Shown one piece after another: positions 8,620 to 20,600 of a DNA stretch of 64,000 bases (position 1 is the stretch's first letter; each line of letters starts with the position of its first letter). This stretch comes from a virus: IMG/VR virus record IMGVR_UViG_3300025889_000085, positions 34,370 to 98,369 of that record; one strand, given 5' to 3'. The notes beneath the pieces are model-generated. The model was given only the letters and a program-made list of their open reading frames with translations, had not been told where the DNA came from and ran no database searches. The position numbers and the translations under genes were made by a program.

Positions 8620-10776
8620 ATGGCGCAACTACCTTATCAGAATAATAAGAAAAAACCAGAATGGAGTGAAAGTTCAAGCAGTATTTTCACTCCAACTATC
8701 GGTATCTACAAAGGTCTGGTTAAAAAACTAGACAACGGAACACGTAGTGGGCGCCTGTATGTATATGTTGAAGATCTAAGCACTGCCACTAGCAACGATC
8801 CCAGCGGTTGGATTCTAGTAGATTATGCTAGTCCATTTATGGGCAGAACATTAGGTCCTGCACAAAAAGGCGCAGTGACCAATACTACAAATACTTTCTT
8901 TACAACACAACAGAGTTATGGTTTCTTTATGACTCCACCGGACATTGGAAATTATGTGCTTTGTTGTTTTCCGGGCGGCAATAACCAAAGTGGTTATTGG
9001 TTTGCTTGTGTAAGTAACAGTCTTAGTAAACAAATGATACCCAGTATCGGTGGCCTGCCTTTAAGCAGAATTGATCCTGCCAGCGTCCCTCCAAATTTTT
9101 CAAGTTATCTCAGGCCAGGCCAAATCTATCCTGTAGGAGAATTTAATGAAAACACGCAACAAGTGTTTACATCTAACTGGGCTACTGCTACTCTTAAACC
9201 TCTACATATTCCACAGTTTACCAGACTACTAACACAGGGCCTAGATACAGACGCAAACGGAAGAGGAGTAATTAGCAGTAGTATACAACGTGACCCAGTA
9301 AGCGGAGTTTTTGGTTTTAGTACTCCTGGCAGACCTACAAACGATCCTGCAAGTGATCCAGATTTAAATGTAAAATTAGCATCGGGTGAAATAGATCCTG
9401 TAAACTTTGTTGCAAGTAATAGAGTGGGTGGTCACAGTCTCACAATGGATGACGGTGATTTATACGGCAACAATAACGTTGTAAAACTAAGAACTAGTGC
9501 TGGCCACCAAATATTCATGAATGACACAGATGGATTCATGTATATTGCCAACAGTAATGGTACTGCCTGGGTTGAACTTACTAAAGAAGGAGATGTTCTA
9601 GTTTACGGGCAGCGTGATATCAGTATTCGTAGCCGAGGTAACTTAATGATGCACAGTGACCGTAGCATTATGATGAATGCTCGCGGCGCCATAGACTTAA
9701 AAAGTCAAGCACTGAGAGTAGAAAACACAGCAACAATTATAAACTCAGAACAGGCAATTCAAAATTACGCTCAACAAATTTCGATAAATGGAACCAGCGG
9801 AGTAAGCGTTTATGGTAGCAAAGCCAGTATTACAGGTCTGGGTGGCTTGAGTCTGACAGGATTTCCTATTAGTATGAATAGTGGGACACCAGGCCAGCCA
9901 CCACAAGCACCTAAAACGTTAAATCAATATCAACTACCAGATACTAGTTTTGTCCAAGGCCAAGGATGGGCAGCAGTTGATGGAGTGCTTCCATCAATTG
10001 CATACAGAGTTCCTACACATGAACCTTATGTTAGAGGAAATGTTGCAGCACTAATCCAACAACAAGAAGAAATATTTTCTGGAGGTACTGCTACTGTAGA
10101 CGGAAATCAGGAAAATCAGATTAAATCGGTGAGTAGAGCAAACCTTAAACCCGGTATAGATGCTGCAAATATTTTAGGAATATCACAAGGTTCAGCAGCA
10201 CCCACGGCAAATTATATTACTCAGCCTTCTACATTGTCATTGGGCGATTTAAATAGCACTCAACTGAGAGCATATTCTGCGCAGGTAGGATATAATGCCA
10301 GCGGATCAGCATACGATGCTTACGACAGTCAAGGTCGCTTAGGGAAATATCAGATATCCCCTCAAGAATTAGTTAACCAAGGCTTTTTAAAACCCGATAC
10401 TCCAAGAACCTTGGACGGAGTTAATAACCCTAATAACTGGACAGGTAAATTCGGTACAACAAGTGCTAATACTTTTTTCCAAAATACGCCATTACAGGAT
10501 GCTGTAATGTACCAATATACTCAAAGCAACTATTCTAAATTACAAAATATAGGCTTGATTGATTCCAGCAGTTCCTCAGATGAGATTGCTGGATTATTAA
10601 GTGCTTCTCATTTTAGCAACCCAGAAACTGTTTCAGTATGGGCAACTAAAAATCAAGATTTATCAAACACAATTGCTAAAAATTACAATAATGGAAGATA
10701 TAGTCAGACACAGGTTACTGTTTTAGAAGCCAGCGACCGAAGCAAACAAATTGCTTCGACCACTCCAACAGCGTAA
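8620..10776 (+). CDS. gp5: Baseplate central spike (gp5/VgrG-like) with C-terminal lysozyme-like domain
   Basis: OB-fold region (GRLYVY...PPDIGNYVLCCF), beta-helix repeats (LRTSAGHQIFMND, GTAWVELTKEG), C-terminal GKYQ motif. Confidence 0.75.
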   Translation: MAQLPYQNNKKKPEWSESSSSIFTPTIGIYKGLVKKLDNGTRSGRLYVYVEDLSTATSNDPSGWILVDYASPFMGRTLGPAQKGAVTNTTNTFFTTQQSYGFFMTPPDIGNYVLCCFPGGNNQSGYWFACVSNSLSKQMIPSIGGLPLSRIDPASVPPNFSSYLRPGQIYPVGEFNENTQQVFTSNWATATLKPLHIPQFTRLLTQGLDTDANGRGVISSSIQRDPVSGVFGFSTPGRPTNDPASDPDLNVKLASGEIDPVNFVASNRVGGHSLTMDDGDLYGNNNVVKLRTSAGHQIFMNDTDGFMYIANSNGTAWVELTKEGDVLVYGQRDISIRSRGNLMMHSDRSIMMNARGAIDLKSQALRVENTATIINSEQAIQNYAQQISINGTSGVSVYGSKASITGLGGLSLTGFPISMNSGTPGQPPQAPKTLNQYQLPDTSFVQGQGWAAVDGVLPSIAYRVPTHEPYVRGNVAALIQQQEEIFSGGTATVDGNQENQIKSVSRANLKPGIDAANILGISQGSAAPTANYITQPSTLSLGDLNSTQLRAYSAQVGYNASGSAYDAYDSQGRLGKYQISPQELVNQGFLKPDTPRTLDGVNNPNNWTGKFGTTSANTFFQNTPLQDAVMYQYTQSNYSKLQNIGLIDSSSSSDEIAGLLSASHFSNPETVSVWATKNQDLSNTIAKNYNNGRYSQTQVTVLEASDRSKQIASTTPTA

Positions 10777-10783
10777 TAATCTC

Positions 10784-10791
10784 GATAAATA
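10784..10791 (+). promoter_or_regulatory. Late promoter (GATAAATA)
   Basis: Same motif, 5 nt before the gp25 ATG. Confidence 0.55.
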
Positions 10792-10796
10792 TTCAT

Positions 10797-11177
10797 ATGC
10801 CTATTCTATACAAAGGATTTAGTACAGTTGGTCGAAAAAAACATTTTCGCTTGACAGACTTTGAACTTGTAAAACAGGACCTTACAAACTATTTTAATAT
10901 TCGTAAGGGTGAAAAACTGTCTAATCCTGATTTTGGAACTGTAATTTGGGACACTATCTTCGAACCATTAAATGAAGATACAAAAGCCGTAATAATGCAG
11001 GATATAAAACGTATTATCGGATATGATCCCAGAGTAGCAGCACAGAATGTCATTGTTACTGAATATGATAGAGGCATTCAAATTGAAATAGAATTAATTT
11101 ATGTGCAGACAAATCAAGTCAGCACTTTACAACTGCAATTTGACGAACAAAGCAGAACTGCTTATCAGTTCCAATAA
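10797..11177 (+). CDS. gp25: Baseplate wedge subunit gp25-like
   Basis: DLTNYFNIRKGEKLSNPDFGT...FEP...YDPRV motif. Confidence 0.88.
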   Translation: MPILYKGFSTVGRKKHFRLTDFELVKQDLTNYFNIRKGEKLSNPDFGTVIWDTIFEPLNEDTKAVIMQDIKRIIGYDPRVAAQNVIVTEYDRGIQIEIELIYVQTNQVSTLQLQFDEQSRTAYQFQ

Positions 11178-11197
11178 AACCCCGGTTTTTCCAACCA

Positions 11198-11205
11198 GAT
11201 AAATA
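11198..11205 (+). promoter_or_regulatory. Late promoter (GATAAATA)
   Basis: Motif upstream of the gp6-like gene. Confidence 0.6.
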
Positions 11206-11222
11206 TCTAAAACGGAACAAGT

Positions 11223-14200
11223 ATGGCCACTACCACGAGACAAAGCAGTTTATTAGTCAATCAAGATTGGACTAAGTTGTATGAAAGTTTCAGAGCAGCA
11301 GACTTTCAAGCCTATGATTTTCAGACCTTACGCAAAGCCATGCTGGACTACTTGCGTTTGTATTACCCAGAAGATTTCAACGATTATACAGAAAGCAGTG
11401 AATATATTGCCCTTGTTGATCTTATTGCTTTTATGGGCCAAAGTCTTGCATTCCGCACAGATTTAAATGCCCGTGAAAACTTCATTGACACTGCTGAACG
11501 CAGAGATAGCATTTTAAAACTAGCCCGCCTTATTAGTTACGTTCCAAAACGTAATCAAACTGCCACAGGATATTTAAAGTTTGATAGCATCCAAACTACA
11601 GAATCTCTATTTGATAGTAGCGGCCTGGATATTAGTAATTCGGTAATTGCTTGGAATGACAGCACAAATCCTAATTGGTACGAACAATTTGTTACGATTT
11701 TAAACGCTGCTATGCCCACAAGTCAAAGTGTAGGTGAACCATCTAATAGTGCCACAATTGGTGGAATATTAACAGACGAATATAATGTAAACGTGCCAAC
11801 CAATACTCTTCCTGTTTTTAAATTTAATGCAACAGTAGAAAATGCAAATTTAGGATTTGAAATTGTTAGTGCAACTAGTGCAAATCGAAGTTACGTATAT
11901 GAAGCAAGTCCCGCACTAGGTCAGCCTTTTAATATTCTTTACAGAAATGATAGTTTAGGTAACGCCAGTAACAATACTGGTTTCTTTTTTTACTTCAAAC
12001 AAGGCAATTTACAAAATCTAGATTTTAATTTTAACGAAAGTATTCCAAACAATTTAGTTAATATTAATACTAACAACGTTAACAACACAGATGTTTGGTT
12101 ATACCAACTTAACAATCTAGGTGGGATACGTGCCGAATGGAGCAAGGTACCTAGTGTAAATGGGTTTAACATCATTTACAATAATAACGCAGCAAAAACT
12201 AGTTTCCAAGTTACTACACGAGTAAATGATCAAATTGATTTAGTTTTTGGTGATGGAACATTTAGTGCTATCCCAACTGGAAGATTTAGAACATATTTTA
12301 GAACCAGCAGTGGATTAGAATATAAAATTACACCCAACAATTTAAGAAGTATCAATATATCTATTCCATACGTAAGCCGCAAAGGTAGATTAGAAACATT
12401 AACTGTTGTTGCAAGTTTAAAATATACTGTAGCAAATGCAGTTGCAAGAGAAAGCAACACAGAGATTAAAACAAAAGCACCACAACAGTATTATACACAA
12501 AATCGTATGGTAACTGGGGAAGATTATAACATTTTTCCTTACACAAATTACAGCACCATAAGCAAAGTAAAAGCAGTAAACCGTAGTAGCAGTGGTGTTA
12601 GTAGGTATTTGGATGTGTTAGATAGCACAGGCAGGTATAGTAGCACAAATATTTTTGCTGATGATGGTGTGTTATACCGAGAAGAAAGTACAAACAGTTT
12701 TGATTTTACCTGGAGTACAACTTCCGATATTAATCGAATTATTCAAAATAATATTCTACCTATTATCAGAGGAAAACCTTTATTACACTTTTATTATGAC
12801 AAATTTTTAAGGTTCGGCCTTACTAGTTATTATTGGAAACGCAGCACAGTAGGATCGGGATCCAGTACAGGATATTTTGTAACTGCATCTGGTGGCTCAA
12901 TTGCTGCTCAGGTAGGTGCAGGAACAACAGGCAATCCTTCATATGTAACTGAAAATAGCATTGTAATTTTTAGTCCAGGTGCAGGAAATTATTTTAATGC
13001 AGAAAACTATATTACTCCTATACCTGCTTCGGGCGTAATTCCTCAAAACGGCCGTACCGAACTTTATGTTACTATTACACGCCTAATAGGAAATGGCACA
13101 CAAGGTAATTTAAGTGATGGATCTGGACCTATTGCGTTAAGTCAAAATGTTCCAAATAACGCACAGGCGATCACAGTTATTCCTGCGTTTAGCAATAGTT
13201 TTAGCGCCTCATTGATAGCCAGACTAATTCAACTGATTTCTTCATATAGCGAATTTGGAATTAGGTACGATCAAGAATTGCAAGCATACGCAATTGTTTC
13301 TGCACAAGATATAGACGCCGCCAGCGAATTTAGCCAAACAAACCAAGGTAGTGAACTAGGTATTAACAATGACAGTAGTTGGATAATGAACTTTACATTG
13401 AACGCTACGACTTATAGTGTACAAACCCGTCAACTTAGTTATATCTTTCAAAGTGTAAGTGAAACTAAATTTTATTTTGATGATAGTTTTAAAATATTTG
13501 ACTCAACTACAGGATTAACTGTGAATGACAATGTCAATGTACTAAAAGTTAACGGAAACCCTGATACAGGAGCACCTTATACCAATAACTATCCATGGTA
13601 TATCTATGGACAGATTGCAGAAAGTGATGGCTATGTTGACAATAGTAAAGCATTAATTACTTTTTCAGACTTTGATGATGATGGAGTCCCAGACGATCCC
13701 GATATTTTTAATACTATTGTTCAGCCCGACACAGACCCATTGGAAAAATTTATCTACTTACAAAAAGTTTACGGATACGAAAGTTTTGTTACTTACAATA
13801 TATTAGATAAATCCTTGGTAGATTCGGGGTACGCAACTGAAGATGATATTTTACCTAATGTTAACAATTATCCTTTGGGACAAATTTTCTATGCAACAAC
13901 TGAAGAAAACTTTTACGTATTGGGCGGCACAAATACAAATAGAACACTGACTTTATCTAACGATTATTTGGCACGAACTGGAAGACAAGGTTTGTATTTT
14001 CAATATAGACACAACGCACCAGCAACAAGAAGGCTTGATCCAAGCCCAAATAATTTAATTGATCTTTACATCTTAACTAAAGAATACGAAAATCAATATA
14101 GAACTTGGGCTTTGGATACAACAGGAACCGCCACTGAACCTGATGAACCAGATAGTGAGACATTACGATTATCTTTTCAAGACTTAGAAAATTATAAATC

Positions 14201-14633
14201 TGTCAGCGATGCAATCATTTATAATAATGCTCAATTTAAACCATTGTTTGGATCTAAGGCAAGACCAGAACTGCAAGCAACCTTTAAAGTAATTAAAAAT
14301 CCTAACCTTAATCTTAGCGACAGTGAGATAAAAAGTCAGGTACTAACAAGTATTAATAATTATTTTGCTGTAAACAACTGGGACTTTGGTGAAACTTTCT
14401 ATTTCACTGAGTTAGCAACATATATTCAACAAGGACTTGCTCCTGCTATTAACAGTATAATCATTGTACCAAATAGTGATAGTCAGACTTACGGAAGTTT
14501 GCAACAAATTAGTAGCCAAGCAAATGAAATTTTAATTAGTGTTGCTACTGCACAGAATATAGAAATAATCACTAGTATTACTGCTGCTCAACTCAACCTC
14601 GAAAATCAAGCGGTAAATACTATTATTAATTAA
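11223..14633 (+). CDS. gp6: Baseplate wedge subunit gp6-like (baseplate J family)
   Basis: DFQTLRKAMLDYL..YYPEDFNDY, ENFIDTAERRDSILKLA, FGDG, QNRMVTGEDY. Confidence 0.88.
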   Translation: MATTTRQSSLLVNQDWTKLYESFRAADFQAYDFQTLRKAMLDYLRLYYPEDFNDYTESSEYIALVDLIAFMGQSLAFRTDLNARENFIDTAERRDSILKLARLISYVPKRNQTATGYLKFDSIQTTESLFDSSGLDISNSVIAWNDSTNPNWYEQFVTILNAAMPTSQSVGEPSNSATIGGILTDEYNVNVPTNTLPVFKFNATVENANLGFEIVSATSANRSYVYEASPALGQPFNILYRNDSLGNASNNTGFFFYFKQGNLQNLDFNFNESIPNNLVNINTNNVNNTDVWLYQLNNLGGIRAEWSKVPSVNGFNIIYNNNAAKTSFQVTTRVNDQIDLVFGDGTFSAIPTGRFRTYFRTSSGLEYKITPNNLRSINISIPYVSRKGRLETLTVVASLKYTVANAVARESNTEIKTKAPQQYYTQNRMVTGEDYNIFPYTNYSTISKVKAVNRSSSGVSRYLDVLDSTGRYSSTNIFADDGVLYREESTNSFDFTWSTTSDINRIIQNNILPIIRGKPLLHFYYDKFLRFGLTSYYWKRSTVGSGSSTGYFVTASGGSIAAQVGAGTTGNPSYVTENSIVIFSPGAGNYFNAENYITPIPASGVIPQNGRTELYVTITRLIGNGTQGNLSDGSGPIALSQNVPNNAQAITVIPAFSNSFSASLIARLIQLISSYSEFGIRYDQELQAYAIVSAQDIDAASEFSQTNQGSELGINNDSSWIMNFTLNATTYSVQTRQLSYIFQSVSETKFYFDDSFKIFDSTTGLTVNDNVNVLKVNGNPDTGAPYTNNYPWYIYGQIAESDGYVDNSKALITFSDFDDDGVPDDPDIFNTIVQPDTDPLEKFIYLQKVYGYESFVTYNILDKSLVDSGYATEDDILPNVNNYPLGQIFYATTEENFYVLGGTNTNRTLTLSNDYLARTGRQGLYFQYRHNAPATRRLDPSPNNLIDLYILTKEYENQYRTWALDTTGTATEPDEPDSETLRLSFQDLENYKSVSDAIIYNNAQFKPLFGSKARPELQATFKVIKNPNLNLSDSEIKSQVLTSINNYFAVNNWDFGETFYFTELATYIQQGLAPAINSIIIVPNSDSQTYGSLQQISSQANEILISVATAQNIEIITSITAAQLNLENQAVNTIIN

Positions 14634-14641
14634 AAACTGGC

Positions 14642-17600
14642 ATGGCAATAACTAAAACTTTACCTTTCCTTCCTAGTGTTTTCCAAACCGAGACTAACGA
14701 TAAGTTTTTAAGCACTACCCTTGATCAGTTAGTGACGGAGCCAAATCTCGTTCCTATTAATGGATATGTTGGCAGAAAGTTTACACCAGGTTGGTCTGGA
14801 ATAGAATCTTACGTAAGAGAACCAAGTGGGGTTAGAGCAGATTATCAACTTGAACCAACCACAGTTGTTAAAAATGCTGCAGATGCAGACTCTGTTGAAT
14901 TTTATAACACTTATCCAGAATTGCTGCAAAAAATTCAAGAACTTGGGGGCAACGTTGCAGATCAAGATAGGTTATTTACTAGTCAATTTTATACATATGA
15001 TCCTAAAATAGACTATGATAAGTTTGTAAATTATAGTCAATATTATTGGTTACCTGCCGGCCCTGATTCTGTAACTGTAAGTGCTACTAATATTGCAACT
15101 TCAAGGACATATTACGTTTATCCTGAAGACAACATTAATGTTTACCGATTTAGCAGCGAAAGCAATGTTGGCAATCCTGATATTATTGTTGTAAGAGAAG
15201 GAACGTATCAGTTTGTTGTAAATCAGCCCGGCAAAAAATTCTACATTCAAACAGAACCTGGTTTAAGCGGAAGACAAACAAATAATAATAATTTAAGTTC
15301 TAGAGAGATCGAAGGTGTTACTAACAACGGTGATGATGTTGGTACAATTACCTTTAATGTTCCTATAAGTACTGCCCAAGACAATTTCTTAAATGCAACA
15401 AATGTTGCAGATGTCGGGTTTGTAACAAATTTAAAATATAGCCAAATTGACCAACAACTGTTAAGCACAGTTGCTGCATTGGGTGGTATAGATGGTGTAA
15501 CTGCGAACACATTACTCGATGGCCAAAGTTTAGTTTTTGGTACTTATTACAGCGACAGTGCAGATTGGGATAGCGGTAGCGGTCCTGTTAGTGCAGGACT
15601 ACGCTATGGAGTTTGGGATATTACTTTAACACCAAGTGGCGGAGATTACTTAATTAGTTTAAGTTCAGGAACTGCCATACCAACAGGTAATAAAGTTACA
15701 ATTTTAAGTGGTCTAAATTATGGTAATACAGAATGGTACAAAAATACATCAGGTTATCTGAGTCAAGTTCCTGTTATTACTGCACCATTTGACACGTTGT
15801 ATTATCAAGACAGTGAGGATGCAGAACAATATGGTCGTATTCAGATCCTTAGTGCAGTAACAAAAACAATAGATGTTAATACAGATATTATTGGTAGAAA
15901 AAATTATATTAGTCCAAATAAAATTACTTTTACTAACGGACTTAAAATTAAATTCGATAATACCGTAACACCTGAAGTTTACAGAAACAACGAATACTAT
16001 GTAGAAGGAGTTGGCGATTCAATAACTCTTACTCCGGTAGAATGGTTAAGTGTTTTTTATAGTTCTAGCCAAGAAAATTTTAGCCCAGTTGTTCGTTTTG
16101 TAGGTACTACAACTTATGCAAATTTAAATCAATCGAGAACACAACTAAGCATCGAAAGTAATGTTGATCCTTATACTGCAAATATTTCAACAGATTATGC
16201 CAGTTCAGGAGAAAACCGAAACAACATTTTCTCCAGCAACTTAAGTTTTCAATTTCCTTACAGAGGTGGGTTTAATACTGTTGGAGATAACGCTGACAAT
16301 TTATTTCGAACAGGGACAATAGGTATGTCTTTGGTAGGAATACCATTTTATGGTCCAACCAATGAAGCATATATAGAAGGTAAAAATGCAACTTCGTGGC
16401 ACTACAATTCCCCATATGTTAAAATTAATGGACAAGATACCTATGGTGGTTATCCTGATTCAAATGGCATTTACCACTACAACGACAGCACGTTCATTAC
16501 TGCAAATGCTTGGGGAAATGTTGCTGGCCTGGGTAGCAATCTGTATGTGGAAACTGACGGGCATAGCACACTATTAGGGTATGCTATAGACGGATATCCC
16601 ATATACGGACCTTACGGGTATTCCAATCCTATGGATAAAGATAGCGGCGCAGTATTAATGGTAAGCAGTTATCAAGCAGATGATGGTGCTTCTTATAGGC
16701 CTTTATCTAAACTGGTTACTGTTACTGCTAACAACACTTCTGGGTCTAATATAACACTAAATTCGACTTTTGAACTTGAGCCCGGCATGAGGCTTACATT
16801 TAGTTCTAATGCTAGTATAACAACCCCAGACGAGTACTGGATTGTTGCTGCCGGCCAACAATCCAGCGTCGGCCTTCCAAATAATAATTTAGGATTAAAT
16901 CAGATCCAATTAAACAAAGACCTAATAATTTATGCAAATACAGACATACAATTTGGCTTTCCTTCTGGTTCATTCATTGAGGATTATACGTACCAAGAAG
17001 GATTGGGTTCATTAGATAGGTTTAATGGTAGATATTGTGTAACGCCCGACTATCCCAACGGGACCTATGCATACTTCTCGACTCAAGACACAACGGGTGT
17101 ACCCACATACCCTTATTTTGTCGGACAAAATTTCTATGGTAGTTTGGATATTAGTGATATCAATCAATTGACTGAACCAGACTATATTACCATTGATAGA
17201 TCGAGTAGGGACCAAAATCCGTGGAGTAGACGCAACCGTTGGTTTCATAAAGAAGTTCTTGCACAAACAGCAAGTTATAACGGAACTTCATTGATTAGTT
17301 TAGACACTTATCAAAGAGCACAAAGACCTATTGTTGAGTTTATTCCTAATTTACAGTTAACTAACTTTGGCAATCTTGCACTAATACCTGTTGATATTTT
17401 TGATACCACGATTACACAACCATTCAGTGCAGTAGAAGGGGTCACTGGTATTTTCTTAGACGGTGTCAGGATCGTCGATGGTATGCGTATTATTTTTGCC
17501 AACGACATTGATCCGTTAACACGAAACAGGATTTATGTTGTACGCTATGTTGACCAAGACGGTATTCCTTCAACTGCTCCTATTTTAACACTAAAACTAA

Positions 17601-20600
17601 TCGTAGCCTATGACGGCATCCCTGATCCAGGCGAAACTGTTAGTGTTCTGAATGGTGTTAGTAACGGTGGTAAAAGTTATTGGTTTAACGGTGGCCAGTG
17701 GGTAGAAGGTCAGGTAAAGACTGGACTTAACGTTGCGCCTTTATTCGACATTTTTGACGAAGATGGTAATAGTTTCACTGATAGGGACATTTATCCGTCA
17801 GTGAATACTGCAACAACATTTGACGGAACAAAACTATTCAGTTATCGAGAAGGAACTGGTACAGATGACAGTGTTCTTGGGTTTCCTTTAAGTTACAGAT
17901 CACTTAACAATCAAGGTGATATAGAATTTGTAAACAACTTTGATGTTGATACTTTTGGTTACACCACAGATGGTGTCACAGAAGTAATAAAAAATATTAG
18001 TTTAGGTTATATTCATCGGAACAATGTTGATGGTACAACTACTAAATTAACATGTTGGAATACAGTAGTAGAAAACACTAAACAATATCAAATTTTTAGT
18101 TATGAATTTGATGGAATAAACAACGATTTTAGTTTTGATATTGCGCCAAGTCAAAACACTGCTATTCCTAACCTACAAGTTTTAGTAAACTTTAAAAATC
18201 TGCAACAAACACAATATCAGGTAGAAGTAAGGCCAAATAATCAAAGATCAATTTCTATCAATAATAATCTTTTAAAATCTGGAGATAAGATAGATATTAA
18301 AGTTTACAGTACCCAAGTGTCTTCGCTTGGTTATTTTCAAGTACCTGATAATTTAAATTTCAATGTACAGAACGAAGTAGTTTCTTACCCTACGTTAGGA
18401 CAAATTAGAAACCATGTAGGAAAACTTGTAAGAAGTAGCACACAATTTATAGGCGGGTATCCGGGCACTAGCAACCTTCAAGATTTGAACTTGACAGCAT
18501 ATCCTGGGGAAATACTACAACAAAGTAGTCCTATTAGTTATGCCAGTATGTTCTTAGTTGACAAAGACTTCAATTTTGTCAATAGCATTTATAATGCACA
18601 ACAAGAGTATACCAGATTTAAGAATAAGTTTTTAAGTATTGCGACCAGCACCAATCAAATTGACTATAACGATCCTGTTTCTGGTGTAAACTACATTCTG
18701 AAAGAAATTAACAAAGTAAAAAATGATACTTTTCCTTGGTTTTATAGTGATATGGTACCATATGGCGACAATGTTAATGTAATATCCTATACTGTTTTTG
18801 ATCAATTACAAACCAACTATGAAATTACAACAACATTTAGCCTAAGTACACTGAGTAACCAGGCTATACTTGTTTACTTAAATGGTGTTCAGTTACTCAA
18901 TGGGTATGATTATACTTTCTTAGCATCAGGTCCTGGCATTGCTTTAAGTTCTAATCTTTCAAGAAGTGTCGGAGATACATTAAAAATATATGAATATAGA
19001 AATACAGACGGAAACTATATTCCAGAAACACCAACTAAATTAGGCCTTTATCCAAAGTTTAAACCTGAACTAGTGGCAGATAGTACTTATAGAACACCTA
19101 TCTATGTAATAGTTGGCCACGACGGCAGCAGAACCCCAGCATTTAATGATTTTAGAGATACCTATCTATTAGAATTAGAAAAAAGAATCTATAATAATAT
19201 TAAACAGGAATACAACGAAGATCAACTAAGCATCTACAACAGCATGCCTGGCAAGTTTAGAACTAATGATTATAGTTTAACAACTTACAATAGAATCATT
19301 AGTCGCAGTTTCCTGTATTGGGCAGGACAAAATAAAGTAGACTATAGCACAAACACAACTTACAACTCGGAAGATCCATTTACTTGGAACTATAGGACGG
19401 CTAAAGACAGCGACGGAGTATTTTTGCCAGGCAGTTGGCGTGCTTGTTACGAGTATTTTTACGATACTGTCAGGCCACACACAAATCCGTGGGAAATGTT
19501 GGGATTCAGCGAACGTCCTGATTGGTGGGTATCTACTTACGGTCCTGCACCTTATACCAGTGGCAACACAATACTATGGACAGACTTAAAGAACGGATAC
19601 ATTGCTGGTGGCAGTAGACAAGGATACGATACAACGTTTGCAAGATCCACATTACTAAGCATTATACCGGTAGATGCCCAAGGAAATCTGCGTAGTCCTA
19701 TTGAAATACTTACTAACAATTATGATATTTCCAATATGGATGAAAATTGGAGTGTAGGCAATTGGGGTCCTGGTGAGTATGCTTGGAGGACTAGTAGTGA
19801 TTGGCCTTATGCTCAGCAGATAGTTATGGCATTGACCAAGCCTGCCCAGTATTTCGCATTAGGGATTCAGAAAAACAAATATGTTTACAGTTCAGTAATC
19901 AATCAGTACACTGTAACTGACACAAATTATAGACTGACACCATCAGATGTAGATATAAACGGAGACCAAGATGCCGATGGCAGTATTATCCGTTCTGCCG
20001 GATATTTAAATTGGATAAACGATTATCAAGTCAGTAATGGAGTATTGACAAAAACAAAACTTAATAGGTACTTGCACGATTATAAAATAAATCTTGCTTA
20101 CAGAATGGCTAGTTTTAGTGATAAGAAACTGCTAAAAGTTTTAGCGGATCAGAACAGTCCTAGTAGCGTGAATAGTTCAGTTATTATTCCAGATGAAGAT
20201 TACGAATTAATTTTAGGTAAATCTACTCCTTTAAGTAAAATAAAATACAGTGCAGTAGTAATTAAGAAAGTAGCCACTGGATTTGAAATTAACGGATATG
20301 ATAGATCAAATCCAGTGTTTAACATTGTTGCCCCAAATATTGATAACGAATCGGATGTTATAACTGTTCTTGACCGGCAAGTCCAATATTTTACTAAGTT
20401 TAGAAATTATCGATTGACGATCCCTTACGGTACAGTTTTAACAACTATTCAAGACGTTGCTAATTTTATAGCAGGATATGAAAGATTCTTACTATTGCAA
20501 GGATTCTCATTTGACTACTTTGATGAAGATCTGGGACAAATAAGAAATTGGCAATTAAGTACAAAAGAATTTATATTTTGGACTCAACAAGGCTGGCCTG

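Noticed and set aside
4536-14633. Bacterial extracellular contractile injection system or T6SS locus
   Set aside because: The gp55/gp47/gp46 genes, T4-type late promoters, thyA/folA and small early ORFs indicate a myovirus genome.
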